Below are positions 23,954 to 32,398 of a DNA stretch of 35,225 nt, piece after piece. How positions within the stretch are numbered: position 1 is the stretch's first letter; every line of letters starts with the position of its first letter. The stretch is from positions 1 to 35,225 of IMG/VR virus record IMGVR_UViG_3300008255_000081; one strand, written 5' to 3'. The notes under the pieces are model-generated. The model was not told the DNA's origin and did no database searches. It saw only the letters and a list, made by a program, of their open reading frames with translations. Source of the DNA: a virus (taxonomy: Duplodnaviria; Caudoviricetes). The translations under genes were made by a program, and so were the position numbers.

Positions 23954-25053
23954 AAAAGTTTTTCAAAAATATCTCTAATAACATTCACCGTCACGGCATT
24001 TCCGCACATTTTGTATCGTTGGGTGTCGCTGATTTTATCAAACGCAGTAACATGTTCCGGGTTTTTAAATATTATATTTTCCGCTTTTTTGTTTCCTCCG
24101 TATTCAGTCCATCCATCAGGGAATCCTTGCAAGCGTTCGCATTCAAGTGGTGTCAGTCTACGGATTTTCATATCCGATGTGAGTGTGTGTTGTTGCATCC
24201 CAGTGTCGAGCGTTTGTGCGATATTTTTCCCAACACGACCTCTACGGGTCTTTGAATTAGGTACAGAAAGATTTATACTGTCGCCCTCGTGAGCAATGGC
24301 ATATCCCTTTTTGGTTGCTTCTGGTACTTTCACAAATACCTGGTCAGCTTTTATGTTTGATCCCCTGATTGTATGTGAAATCTCGGCTTGTGTCCGTCTT
24401 TGTTTTGATTCATCCTCTCGATCAGATATTTGGTCATCTTTTCCGAAAGGAAATACTTCGGGTCGGGGTGTTCCTCTAAGATGTCCGACAATGAACACTC
24501 GCTCCCTGTTTTGGGGGACTCCGTGATTTTTGCTGTTAAGCACTTGCCACTGACAGTCATACCCCAGCTCATCAAGCGTTGTGATGATAGTTCTAAATGT
24601 AGATCCTTGGTCGTGAGATAAAAGCCCTTTGACGTTCTCAAGCAATAAAAGGCGTGGTTGTTTTTCCCTAACAATCCTAGCAATTTCAAAGAAGAGTGTA
24701 CCCCTAGTATCATCAAATCCAGCTCTTTTCCCTGCGATCGAGAAAGACTGGCATGGAAAGCCCCCGACAAGTAGCTCAAAGTCTGGTAGTGTTTTTTCAT
24801 CAATTTTCGTAATGTCTCCATAATTTTTATGTTCTGGGAAGTGATATTGATAAACGGCGGTCGCGTACTTGTCGATTTCAGAGAATCCAATACAAGTAGG
24901 TTGTTCTGGTGCCAAGCGTTGCTGCTCAAGGTCGGTGCTATTGTGTGAAAGCCCCCCTTGTTGTGTCCGCGCGGTCTTTGATAGATTCTCATATGCTTGT
25001 TGTATTCCTAGCTCGAAACCACCAATCCCGCTGAAAAGTGAAAGGTATTTCAT
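23950..25053 (-). CDS. dcm: DNA (cytosine-5) methyltransferase, orphan
   Basis: LFSGIGG, GGFPCQSFS, ENVKG, GVPQNRER, RRLTPLECERLQGFP and GNAV motifs. Confidence 0.95.
   Translation of the reverse strand: MKYLSLFSGIGGFELGIQQAYENLSKTARTQQGGLSHNSTDLEQQRLAPEQPTCIGFSEIDKYATAVYQYHFPEHKNYGDITKIDEKTLPDFELLVGGFPCQSFSIAGKRAGFDDTRGTLFFEIARIVREKQPRLLLLENVKGLLSHDQGSTFRTIITTLDELGYDCQWQVLNSKNHGVPQNRERVFIVGHLRGTPRPEVFPFGKDDQISDREDESKQRRTQAEISHTIRGSNIKADQVFVKVPEATKKGYAIAHEGDSINLSVPNSKTRRGRVGKNIAQTLDTGMQQHTLTSDMKIRRLTPLECERLQGFPDGWTEYGGNKKAENIIFKNPEHVTAFDKISDTQRYKMCGNAVTVNVIRDIFEKLL
24351..24992 (-). CDS. Overprinted alternative-frame ORF resembling the M.EcoHK31I beta polypeptide
   Basis: 213 codons open on the same strand; SSQRLMSWGMTVSGKCLTAKITESPKTGSECSLSDILEEHPDPKYFLS; true start uncertain. 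Confidence 0.5.
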   Translation of the reverse strand: MRIYQRPRGHNKGGFHTIAPTLSSNAWHQNNLLVLDSLKSTSTRPPFINITSQNIKIMETLRKLMKKHYQTLSYLSGAFHASLSRSQGKELDLMILGVHSSLKLLGLLGKNNHAFYCLRTSKGFYLTTKDLHLELSSQRLMSWGMTVSGKCLTAKITESPKTGSECSLSDILEEHPDPKYFLSEKMTKYLIERMNQNKDGHKPRFHIQSGDQT

Positions 25054-25253
25054 AACAGATGATTTATTCTACCTGATAATTGCTCATCGGAAAGAATATC
25101 TTTCGAAGTTGCTACTTTCCAACCGTCACCAGCGCAAAAATGACAAATATCAAGATGACTATACCCTTTGGTATTACGTCCAGCATCCCATTTGCCATCA
25201 CCATACAGGCATATAGAACAAATTGCTTTAATTTTTTGCATAAAATTTTTCAT
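25050..25253 (-). CDS. Small zinc-finger protein (DnaJ-type CxxCxGxG)
   Basis: CSICLYGDG...CHFCAGDG; ATGA overlap with dcm. Confidence 0.7.
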   Translation of the reverse strand: MKNFMQKIKAICSICLYGDGKWDAGRNTKGYSHLDICHFCAGDGWKVATSKDILSDEQLSGRINHLL

Positions 25254-25599
25254 AGATTATTCGTACTACATCATCAACCGCCGTCGCATGCCCCCTTCTA
25301 CGCTCTCGCATATCTCTTTCAGTGGGCAAGCTGATTGTACTTGTGTCGTCCCAGACAGTGAGATTCCAATTGTAAAAGTCTTTTTCATTCTGCGCGCGCC
25401 TTCTCAACATCTCGATTTCTTTTCGTATCGCGATGAATAGCTCTGTTTTTGTTTTTGGTTCACCAAAAATTGGACAATCAACTGCATTAAATTCAGAAAC
25501 AGCCCTTTCTTCAAACCTTGATTTGTCGTTTTGTTTTTCTGATCGTATACTTTTCAACCCAAAAGTCTTCCATTTTTTTGAAACTCCTTTGTTTTTCAT
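25228..25599 (-). CDS. Hypothetical protein
   Basis: 123 aa; overlaps both neighbours in operon fashion. Confidence 0.65.
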   Translation of the reverse strand: MKNKGVSKKWKTFGLKSIRSEKQNDKSRFEERAVSEFNAVDCPIFGEPKTKTELFIAIRKEIEMLRRRAQNEKDFYNWNLTVWDDTSTISLPTERDMRERRRGHATAVDDVVRIIYEKFYAKN

Positions 25600-25781
25600 G
25601 AGCTAGATTTTATTTCCTTGTAATTCTCGACCCACGCTGCGCCAGCACCATTCACAGGCTCCAGCAACCAACGGTCCCGCCCGAAGGTATTTTTGAAGTC
25701 AACGATCACACATTCAACCTCCATGCCGTTGCCGACAGAGTACATGACATGATCGCCAATTCTTGAATATTTTTCTTTCAT
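25596..25781 (-). CDS. Small SH3/KOW-like hypothetical protein
   Basis: IGDHVMY...VIVDFKNTFGRDRWLLEPVNGAGAAWV; ATG at 25781 preferred. Confidence 0.65.
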   Translation of the reverse strand: MKEKYSRIGDHVMYSVGNGMEVECVIVDFKNTFGRDRWLLEPVNGAGAAWVENYKEIKSSS

Positions 25782-25858
25782 AATTTTAGAATATAAATAA
25801 AGTGGTTGAGTGACTAACTCCCCCCACATGAAGCCCTTGAAGGCTCCAAAGCGAGAAA

Positions 25859-26248
25859 CTAGGCTTTCTTCAATTCGTATACAAGGTTTGAATGAATCGC
25901 AAGTGTGATGGTCCCATCCTCGTTTTCGTATGCCCTCCCTGATCCTGTCTTCAAATCGTTTTCATCAAATACAATCCCTGCACTGATTGACCTTTTTTCT
26001 TGTTCGTATTCTCGGATCAACTCTGCTTTCGTTTCTTCTGAATTCAAATGGTAATTGTGGCGGGGCTTGGTTTCTTCGAGCCATAGCCAGTATCCTGGGA
26101 AGTACATTGCTGGCATGAAGTCTGTTTTTCCGTGATTGTTTTCATTGTCCCAAGCGTAATCGTCGGTATAGTGGTATAGACATCGCGCAAGGTATTCCCC
26201 TTTCTTGATTTTGTTTTTAATGTGTCCGCGGTTGATTGTTTTTGTCAT
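25859..26248 (-). CDS. Hypothetical protein, first gene of the leftward early operon
   Basis: ATG at 26248 (MTKTINRG) lies downstream of a promoter; the longer N-terminus runs through promoter DNA. Confidence 0.7.
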   Translation of the reverse strand: MTKTINRGHIKNKIKKGEYLARCLYHYTDDYAWDNENNHGKTDFMPAMYFPGYWLWLEETKPRHNYHLNSEETKAELIREYEQEKRSISAGIVFDENDLKTGSGRAYENEDGTITLAIHSNLVYELKKA

Positions 26249-26302
26249 AGAAATAAATGCGGTCCGGGTTGTTATGATAATGGTATCCCCTCGCCTGTTC
26301 CT

Positions 26303-26330
26303 ATAATAACAGTTATAACTATCATTGCAA
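26303..26330 (-). promoter_or_regulatory. Leftward promoter TTGCAA-16-TATTAT with palindromic spacer
   Basis: TG extension present; perfect palindrome AGTTATAACT at 26311-26320. Confidence 0.55.
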
Positions 26331-26423
26331 GCATAGGGGAATAATAAGCTGGGGAAAACTGTGGGGGAACAGGGGAAAAGCAGGTACAAAACAGGGATAT
26401 TTCAGGGGGATAGATACATTTAC

Positions 26424-26451
26424 TTGATTTTATTTCGTTTCATGTCACAAT
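26424..26451 (+). promoter_or_regulatory. Rightward promoter for the packaging operon (TTGATT-16-CACAAT, TG extension)
   Basis: 6 nt before the terS ATG. Confidence 0.4.
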
Positions 26452-26457
26452 TTTTAT

Positions 26458-26964
26458 ATGAAAAAAGCGCGCAAGATATTCAAAAAAAAGAAGGTTGTGA
26501 AGACAACCAAGCTCACCGATGCGAATATTGACCAGATTTTTGAGGATGCAAAAAAGAAACTGGACAAAAAAGCATCAAAAAAGAAGATGGTGAAAAAGAA
26601 GAAGCCCCCTGTTTTAGCAGGTGATAAGCAGGCAGAAACCCCTGAAAGGGATCCAAATGGGAAGTTTTTGCCAGGGGTATCAGGTAATCCGAACGGACGA
26701 AAGAAAGGTCGCAAGCTATGGGCAACGATGGTGCGCGAGCGCATGCAGGAAATAGCTGACGAGGAGCAAGGATTGACCGTCGAAGATATCATCATCGGAA
26801 ACATTGTGGATATGGCCGCGGGTGGCAGCAAGGGAATGATTGAATTGATTTGGAATTACATTGATGGCAAACCAAACCAGCCGATGGATATGTCAATCAA
26901 CTCGGATCTATCAGACGAAGAACGTGCTGCACTGGATAACCTCTTGCAGAAAAACAAAAGGTAA
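26458..26964 (+). CDS. terS: Terminase small subunit (DUF5681-like motif)
   Basis: RDPNGKFLPGVSGNPNGRKKG; IWNYIDGKPNQ; upstream of terL. Confidence 0.75.
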   Translation: MKKARKIFKKKKVVKTTKLTDANIDQIFEDAKKKLDKKASKKKMVKKKKPPVLAGDKQAETPERDPNGKFLPGVSGNPNGRKKGRKLWATMVRERMQEIADEEQGLTVEDIIIGNIVDMAAGGSKGMIELIWNYIDGKPNQPMDMSINSDLSDEERAALDNLLQKNKR

Positions 26965-26965
26965 T

Positions 26966-27349
26966 ATGCCCCAGTATACCCAACATTATCGCCCTATATT
27001 CCGCGCATTCGATACAGAGCGTCGCTTGATGATCTATGACGAGCGTGAAGCATTGGCCGTGGTGAATACCCCTGGCTTTGTCACCATGCAATGGATTGGT
27101 CAAACAGATGATTCACCCGAGCAACGAAAGATATTTCAAGGGGATATTTGTGCTATTGAAATCAGAAACTCTTTTGGAAGTATCACCAAACACATATCAC
27201 AGGTTGGCTACGATGCAAAAACAGCGCAGTATATACATGATATTATTGAAAACAAGACCCGAATCGTCATCGGCGGTGATATCATCCGCGCGGTGGTGAT
27301 TGGTCATGCCTATGAACGAATACGATCCCAACTACTTCACAGTTCTTGA
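26966..27349 (+). CDS. YopX-family protein
   Basis: FRAFD...MQWIGQTD...KIFQGDI...VIGHAYE; ATG at 26966. Confidence 0.8.
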   Translation: MPQYTQHYRPIFRAFDTERRLMIYDEREALAVVNTPGFVTMQWIGQTDDSPEQRKIFQGDICAIEIRNSFGSITKHISQVGYDAKTAQYIHDIIENKTRIVIGGDIIRAVVIGHAYERIRSQLLHSS

Positions 27350-28991
27350 CGAAGATATTTGGAATGTCGTTGTCAACGGCACTTCAGATCAACGCAAGTA
27401 CATATGCGAACGTGAACCCCTTTATTTTGCGATGTTTTATTTCGCCGAGTATTTTGAGTATGCGTTGGATGATTTTCACTATACCTTCATTGAAGACTTC
27501 AAAAACCTTGTCGCGGGAACCTTGACCGAAGCCCAATGGATCGCCTTTCGTGAATCTGCAAAGACAACACTGGCGAAGATTCTGACTGTGTGGGCTATTT
27601 GTTACGCACACAAGCGATATATTTCATATGGATCGTATGAACGTGGCAATGCTGAAAGCGCATTGTATGACATCATCATCTGGCTACAAACGAATCAGCG
27701 CATCATCGCTGACTTTGGCCTGCTCTACAAGCGCAGGAAGAAGCGTGGGGACGTGGATGAGGTATCAACCACCCGCAAAGATCACTTTGTCACCACGAAT
27801 AAAGTGCGTGTCATCGCCTTTTCTACCCAGGAATCAACCCGCGGACACGTGTTCAATAAGTTCCGACCTGACCTCTACGTGTACGATGATATCGAAAACA
27901 GCAAAACAAAAGACAGTCATGCTCGCACGCAAGCCGTCATCGAACACTTGGATGAAGCTCGTTCCGGTCAATCGTCATACGGTGCCATTTTGTATTTGTG
28001 TAACTACATCCGCGACGATGGGTCGGTGCAACACATCAAAGATAAGCTTGAAGCAAGTTCGACAGGTGTGGTGCGTAATATCCCAGTCATGGATAACAAG
28101 GGAAATCTTGCATGGAATGACAAATACGTTTTGACCAAAAAAGAAGCATGGGCAATCAATAAATTCATAGACAACAAACGCTTGCACAAAGTATCGGTCG
28201 AGGGGAAGAAGGAGCAACTGGGGGACAGTGTTTTCTTTACCGAGATGATGAACGAGCCTGGCAAGTCTGGTGACTACTACTTCAACCGTGACAAGGTACG
28301 CGAAGCAATGGAAAAGGTGCGCGATCCATTGCAAGAGATTGGAGGGCAGCAGATATGGGAAAAATACAACGCATCACACCGATATGCGCTGGGTGCCGAC
28401 ACATCAGAGGGCATCGGGTCCGACAGTTCAGCGACAGCAATCATCGACTTCACACGCAGTCCAGGGCTTGTGGTGGCTACATTTGCAGATAATCAGATAT
28501 CACCGAAAGTATTCGCCCATGAAATCGCACGCGAGGGACGACGATACGGTGAATGTTTTGTCGTTCCTGAAGTGAACAACGGATATGGTGTGACGGCTGA
28601 CCTGGTTGATCCTGATGGGTGTGACTATTCAAACGTATACATCAGGCAGGTGAAGAATAAAACCACCAAAAAGACACAGAGTGAATACGGTTTCAATACG
28701 AACAGCAAAACCAAAGGGGATATCTTGTCGCATTTTCAATCAGCATTCGAGGATGGACACCTAGAAATCTTTGACAAGGGGCTTTTGACTGAAATGATGT
28801 ACTTCCGCAAGGCGGATGCACACCGTATCAAAAACGAAGAAGGGGCGACGCGTCACTTCGACAAGGTCATGGCTGCTGCTTTGGCATGGGAAGGTCGCAA
28901 GTTTGCAACCGCGAAGAATGACGATGATGATGATATCTACACATCACCGCAGACCAAAGAAGATGAAGCGCGTGCCAAAGGTTTGAGATAA
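27312..28991 (+). CDS. terL: Terminase large subunit
   Basis: Walker A FRESAKTT, Walker B YVYDDIE, nuclease motifs GADTSEG and HFDKVMAAALAW; start 27306 or 27312. Confidence 0.92.
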   Translation: MNEYDPNYFTVLDEDIWNVVVNGTSDQRKYICEREPLYFAMFYFAEYFEYALDDFHYTFIEDFKNLVAGTLTEAQWIAFRESAKTTLAKILTVWAICYAHKRYISYGSYERGNAESALYDIIIWLQTNQRIIADFGLLYKRRKKRGDVDEVSTTRKDHFVTTNKVRVIAFSTQESTRGHVFNKFRPDLYVYDDIENSKTKDSHARTQAVIEHLDEARSGQSSYGAILYLCNYIRDDGSVQHIKDKLEASSTGVVRNIPVMDNKGNLAWNDKYVLTKKEAWAINKFIDNKRLHKVSVEGKKEQLGDSVFFTEMMNEPGKSGDYYFNRDKVREAMEKVRDPLQEIGGQQIWEKYNASHRYALGADTSEGIGSDSSATAIIDFTRSPGLVVATFADNQISPKVFAHEIAREGRRYGECFVVPEVNNGYGVTADLVDPDGCDYSNVYIRQVKNKTTKKTQSEYGFNTNSKTKGDILSHFQSAFEDGHLEIFDKGLLTEMMYFRKADAHRIKNEEGATRHFDKVMAAALAWEGRKFATAKNDDDDDIYTSPQTKEDEARAKGLR

Positions 28992-29014
28992 TCACACTTG
29001 ATTTTTTTGTAAAG

Positions 29015-29023
29015 TGGTATAAT
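29015..29023 (+). promoter_or_regulatory. Extended -10 promoter (TGGTATAAT), near-leaderless
   Basis: Perfect TGnTATAAT 9 nt before the portal ATG. Confidence 0.6.
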
Positions 29024-29032
29024 GCGAAATAT

Positions 29033-31213
29033 ATGGCAGAAAATTACGAAACCCCCACCAAAGACACCGAAACCAAAGAAGAATTTGACTTCGGACATAC
29101 GACAACCGACACAAGCGCGGAGGGCGTTGAGCCGAATGAAGAAACTATCAGCGAAATAGATTGGAATGAAATCACCCTACGGTCCACGAAACAGCTTGAT
29201 GAATCGCGTACGTTCAAGTATGGACGCATGAACACCATCAAAAAGAATGAAGACCTGTATATGGGGATCGCTGAAAAGCAATACAAGAACCCATATTCTA
29301 TTTGTTTCCCCTATATGGCGGGGTATATTGACCAGCTTGCTGCCGAGCTAGATGAAGCACCAGCCATCATTTTTGAACCGACAACTGAAGCCGACTATCG
29401 ATCAGCCGAAGCTACTACGGCTATTTTTGAAAAGGTATCACGTTCACGCCTTCCGCACGCGCAGTGGGAAATCAAGGATCGTTTCTCTAAAAAGCTTGCT
29501 ATCTTTTCGGGTGTGGGAATCTTGAAATTCCATACTGAATCAGTCAATGGATTCAAAGCAATCTTGAACAACGTGGATCATTATGACTTCCACTGTGAGC
29601 CAGCAGGGGGCGCAATCCTCGAGAATCACCTATTCTGTGGGGAAGAAGGTATCTTCAAGACCCGCGAAGAAATTGAATTCGGGGTGGAAAAAGGTTTCTA
29701 TGATGAAGTACAGGCACAAAAACTCCTTTCACGTACATCATCCCAGCAGTACAAAGAAAACGCATCATCGTACAACCAGCGCATGAATCGTCACAAAGCG
29801 ATGGGGTTGTCACCTGAATCACACAGCTATGTCGGTCAAGACATTTTCAAGATGGTCGAATGGTATACCACATACAAAGGGTGCCGATACTATGTCCTTT
29901 TTGATGAATTTTCAAAGATCGCAATTCGAATCGAGAAACTACGCAATATTTTTTCAATCATTGAACCAAACGATGATGCATTGTATCCGTATGAAGCATG
30001 GCATACGCATGAAGATCCAAAGGTATTCTGGTCCAAGGCACCTGCGGATGACGTTCGGCCTATCGCCGAGGTTATCAATACCTTGATGAATCAACAGCTA
30101 TACAACCGCGACAAGCAAAATATGGGGCATCGTTTGTATGATCCAAAGCTCGTCAAGGACGTGAAGTCATTGGGTGATTGGCGTGTCGATGGATTGACCC
30201 CAGTTGATACCAGAAACGGATCAGTGCCGCTTTCAAGTTCTGTATATCGTTTGGATGTAGGGAATCTAAATGGAACCATTGAAACCGTCGAATTTTTGAA
30301 TACGTTTACCGGACAAAAGACCGGGTCAACGCCTGGGAGCCAAGGACAAGCACCATCATCACAAAAGGTGGGTATTTACTACGGTGAAATGCAACAAATC
30401 AGCAAGCGTTTGAGCGTTCACAATCGTTCATATCGTGAAGCCTATGCAAGTATTGGGCTTCGTTTCCGTGTAGGGTTGTTTGATAACTTTGGGGAAGATG
30501 AAACCATCGCCGTGAAAATCATGGGGGGCAAGGGGATTCAATGGAAAGACATCACCAAAGACGATATCAAAAGCATTAAAGACTACGACATCATTGTCGA
30601 GGGGGGGAACGAATCAGAGATGCAGCGTGTGCAACAAAATGATCGCAAGGCAGCGTTGCTCGATAAGGTTGCGACCGTGAATCCAAAATGGAAGGATATG
30701 CAACGCTTGAAAGCGGCAGGATATGATGAAGAAGAAATCAAGGAAGCATATTCATTGGTTGATCCTGGCTTGAAAGAATTGCTTTCGGAAGCAGCGCAGG
30801 CTGAACAAGACATCGTTGAAGGGAAAACACCGCCTTTGAATCGTGGTGCAAACGCTGCTTTCATTCAGCACATCATGAATTTTGCAGATAGTTTGTCGAT
30901 GAAAGACAAACGCAAGGAAAGTTTGATCGCTATCAAGCTCGAGATGTATGCCAAGGCACATGCCACTATTGCAGCCGATAATGAACACAGGAACGCGATG
31001 AACATGATCAATGAAGCGAAAGCCCGTACAGGGGAATTGCGCGCAATGGCGGGGCAATTCTCGCAGGATGGGGGCATGCAGCAACCAAACCAGCCGATGG
31101 ATATGGGTGGTCCAGTAGCTACACCGCAGGAAATGAGCAATGACCCAGTCGGGGCTGCAATTTCTACCGGACAAAACATCACTGATCAGATAACCCCTAA
31201 TCAAGGCCTATGA
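29033..31213 (+). CDS. Portal protein (P22-like)
   Basis: 726 aa directly after terL; GVGILK, QKTG...SQGQ and YDIIVEGG motifs; Q/M/P-rich tail. Confidence 0.85.
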   Translation: MAENYETPTKDTETKEEFDFGHTTTDTSAEGVEPNEETISEIDWNEITLRSTKQLDESRTFKYGRMNTIKKNEDLYMGIAEKQYKNPYSICFPYMAGYIDQLAAELDEAPAIIFEPTTEADYRSAEATTAIFEKVSRSRLPHAQWEIKDRFSKKLAIFSGVGILKFHTESVNGFKAILNNVDHYDFHCEPAGGAILENHLFCGEEGIFKTREEIEFGVEKGFYDEVQAQKLLSRTSSQQYKENASSYNQRMNRHKAMGLSPESHSYVGQDIFKMVEWYTTYKGCRYYVLFDEFSKIAIRIEKLRNIFSIIEPNDDALYPYEAWHTHEDPKVFWSKAPADDVRPIAEVINTLMNQQLYNRDKQNMGHRLYDPKLVKDVKSLGDWRVDGLTPVDTRNGSVPLSSSVYRLDVGNLNGTIETVEFLNTFTGQKTGSTPGSQGQAPSSQKVGIYYGEMQQISKRLSVHNRSYREAYASIGLRFRVGLFDNFGEDETIAVKIMGGKGIQWKDITKDDIKSIKDYDIIVEGGNESEMQRVQQNDRKAALLDKVATVNPKWKDMQRLKAAGYDEEEIKEAYSLVDPGLKELLSEAAQAEQDIVEGKTPPLNRGANAAFIQHIMNFADSLSMKDKRKESLIAIKLEMYAKAHATIAADNEHRNAMNMINEAKARTGELRAMAGQFSQDGGMQQPNQPMDMGGPVATPQEMSNDPVGAAISTGQNITDQITPNQGL

Positions 31214-31581
31214 TGGACAAAGAACGCATAACAAAAAAGCTTTCAGCACTTCGCAAGAAGTATCCTGATGAATCATCACGCAATAGCATTGATGGTGATG
31301 AAAAAAAACTGCGCGAGCTGATCGCACAAGAAAAGTTTTCAAAGCATTTCCTTGTGCAAAAGATTATTGCCGATGCACAGGAACGCATCGATGACTTGAA
31401 TTTTCAACTTGCCTACGATGAAGAATTAAACAAACCAGAGAATCAGGTACTACGCCACTCTTTGTTCCGACAAAGGGAGGTGTGGCAATTCACTCTTGAA
31501 CGGTTTGATATGGGCGAAGAAGCGTCCGAGCAAATCAAACAGATCGAAAGTGAAGTGGATGAAGAATTAACACGCGAATAG
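31210..31581 (+). CDS. Small helical post-portal protein
   Basis: ATGA-coupled to the portal gene. Confidence 0.7.
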   Translation: MMDKERITKKLSALRKKYPDESSRNSIDGDEKKLRELIAQEKFSKHFLVQKIIADAQERIDDLNFQLAYDEELNKPENQVLRHSLFRQREVWQFTLERFDMGEEASEQIKQIESEVDEELTRE

Positions 31582-31666
31582 ATTTTTTCGCGTGGTACAA
31601 TTTCATCATGAACGTGTGTGTCGCATCACGTTTACATTTTTATAAAGCATTTATTTAGAAAAGCAT

Positions 31667-32245
31667 ATGGCAGAAAAATATACAGCCAAGAAGTGGACGC
31701 TTGCGACCCTTCAAAAAGAAGCAATCAGTCGCGGTTTTGATGAAGCCGATGTCGCTGAAATGGGTGATGATGAATTGCGAGCGCAATTGATCTCGGACGA
31801 TAACGGTGAAGTTGAAGAAGTGGAAGATGTCGAAGAAGAAACAAATGACGAGGATTCATCTGAAGAAGGTGATGACGAATCAGATGAGGATGTTGTTGAA
31901 CTTGAAAAACCAAAGGCGAATTCAGCAGCAAAGAAAGGTGATTTTGTTGATATTGCTCGCGGTGAGCAGTACATCCGCACCTATTCTGCTGCCGTTCATG
32001 GCAAGGAATTCCGTGCATTGGCAGAATCATTTGCTTCAAAGAAAGACGGATATTCAATCCTTGAAGCAGGTGTGTTGCAGAAGATCAAGGTGACCTACCG
32101 TATCCAAGAGAAAAAGGGTACTGATACTGTCGAAAAAGGTACATGGTTGTCAAAAACCAAATTCTTCACTGACCGTAACGAAGCCATTGCATTCATGAAT
32201 TCTCTAGGTGGGGAAATCAAAAAGGCAATGTTTGTTGTAAAATAG
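31667..32245 (+). CDS. Acidic hypothetical head-module protein
   Basis: Small helical N-terminal domain, D/E linker, globular C-terminal domain; TGGTACAAT at 31593-31601 upstream. Confidence 0.75.
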   Translation: MAEKYTAKKWTLATLQKEAISRGFDEADVAEMGDDELRAQLISDDNGEVEEVEDVEEETNDEDSSEEGDDESDEDVVELEKPKANSAAKKGDFVDIARGEQYIRTYSAAVHGKEFRALAESFASKKDGYSILEAGVLQKIKVTYRIQEKKGTDTVEKGTWLSKTKFFTDRNEAIAFMNSLGGEIKKAMFVVK

Positions 32246-32258
32246 ATTTATAAGTGTG

Positions 32259-32390
32259 GAAACCCTTTGGGGTTTCAGCAAAGAACGCTTCCCTTGTTTT
32301 TTTTGTTGAAACCGCCAAGGTTTCTGCTGCGGGTAAAACCGCCTTGTGGATAGTCACCACTTAAACAATAACTTGGTTATAGTAACCAGA
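32259..32390 (+). promoter_or_regulatory. Structured leader upstream of the scaffold gene
   Basis: Long hairpin 32259-32324 plus three short hairpins (gcgg/ccgc, gtgg/ccac, tggtta/taacca). Confidence 0.6.
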
Positions 32391-32398
32391 AAAACTAC

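Noticed and set aside
23950-25053. Restriction-modification system or inferred MTase target
   Set aside because: No adjacent endonuclease is recognisable, and the target cannot be inferred without k-mer counts or methylome data
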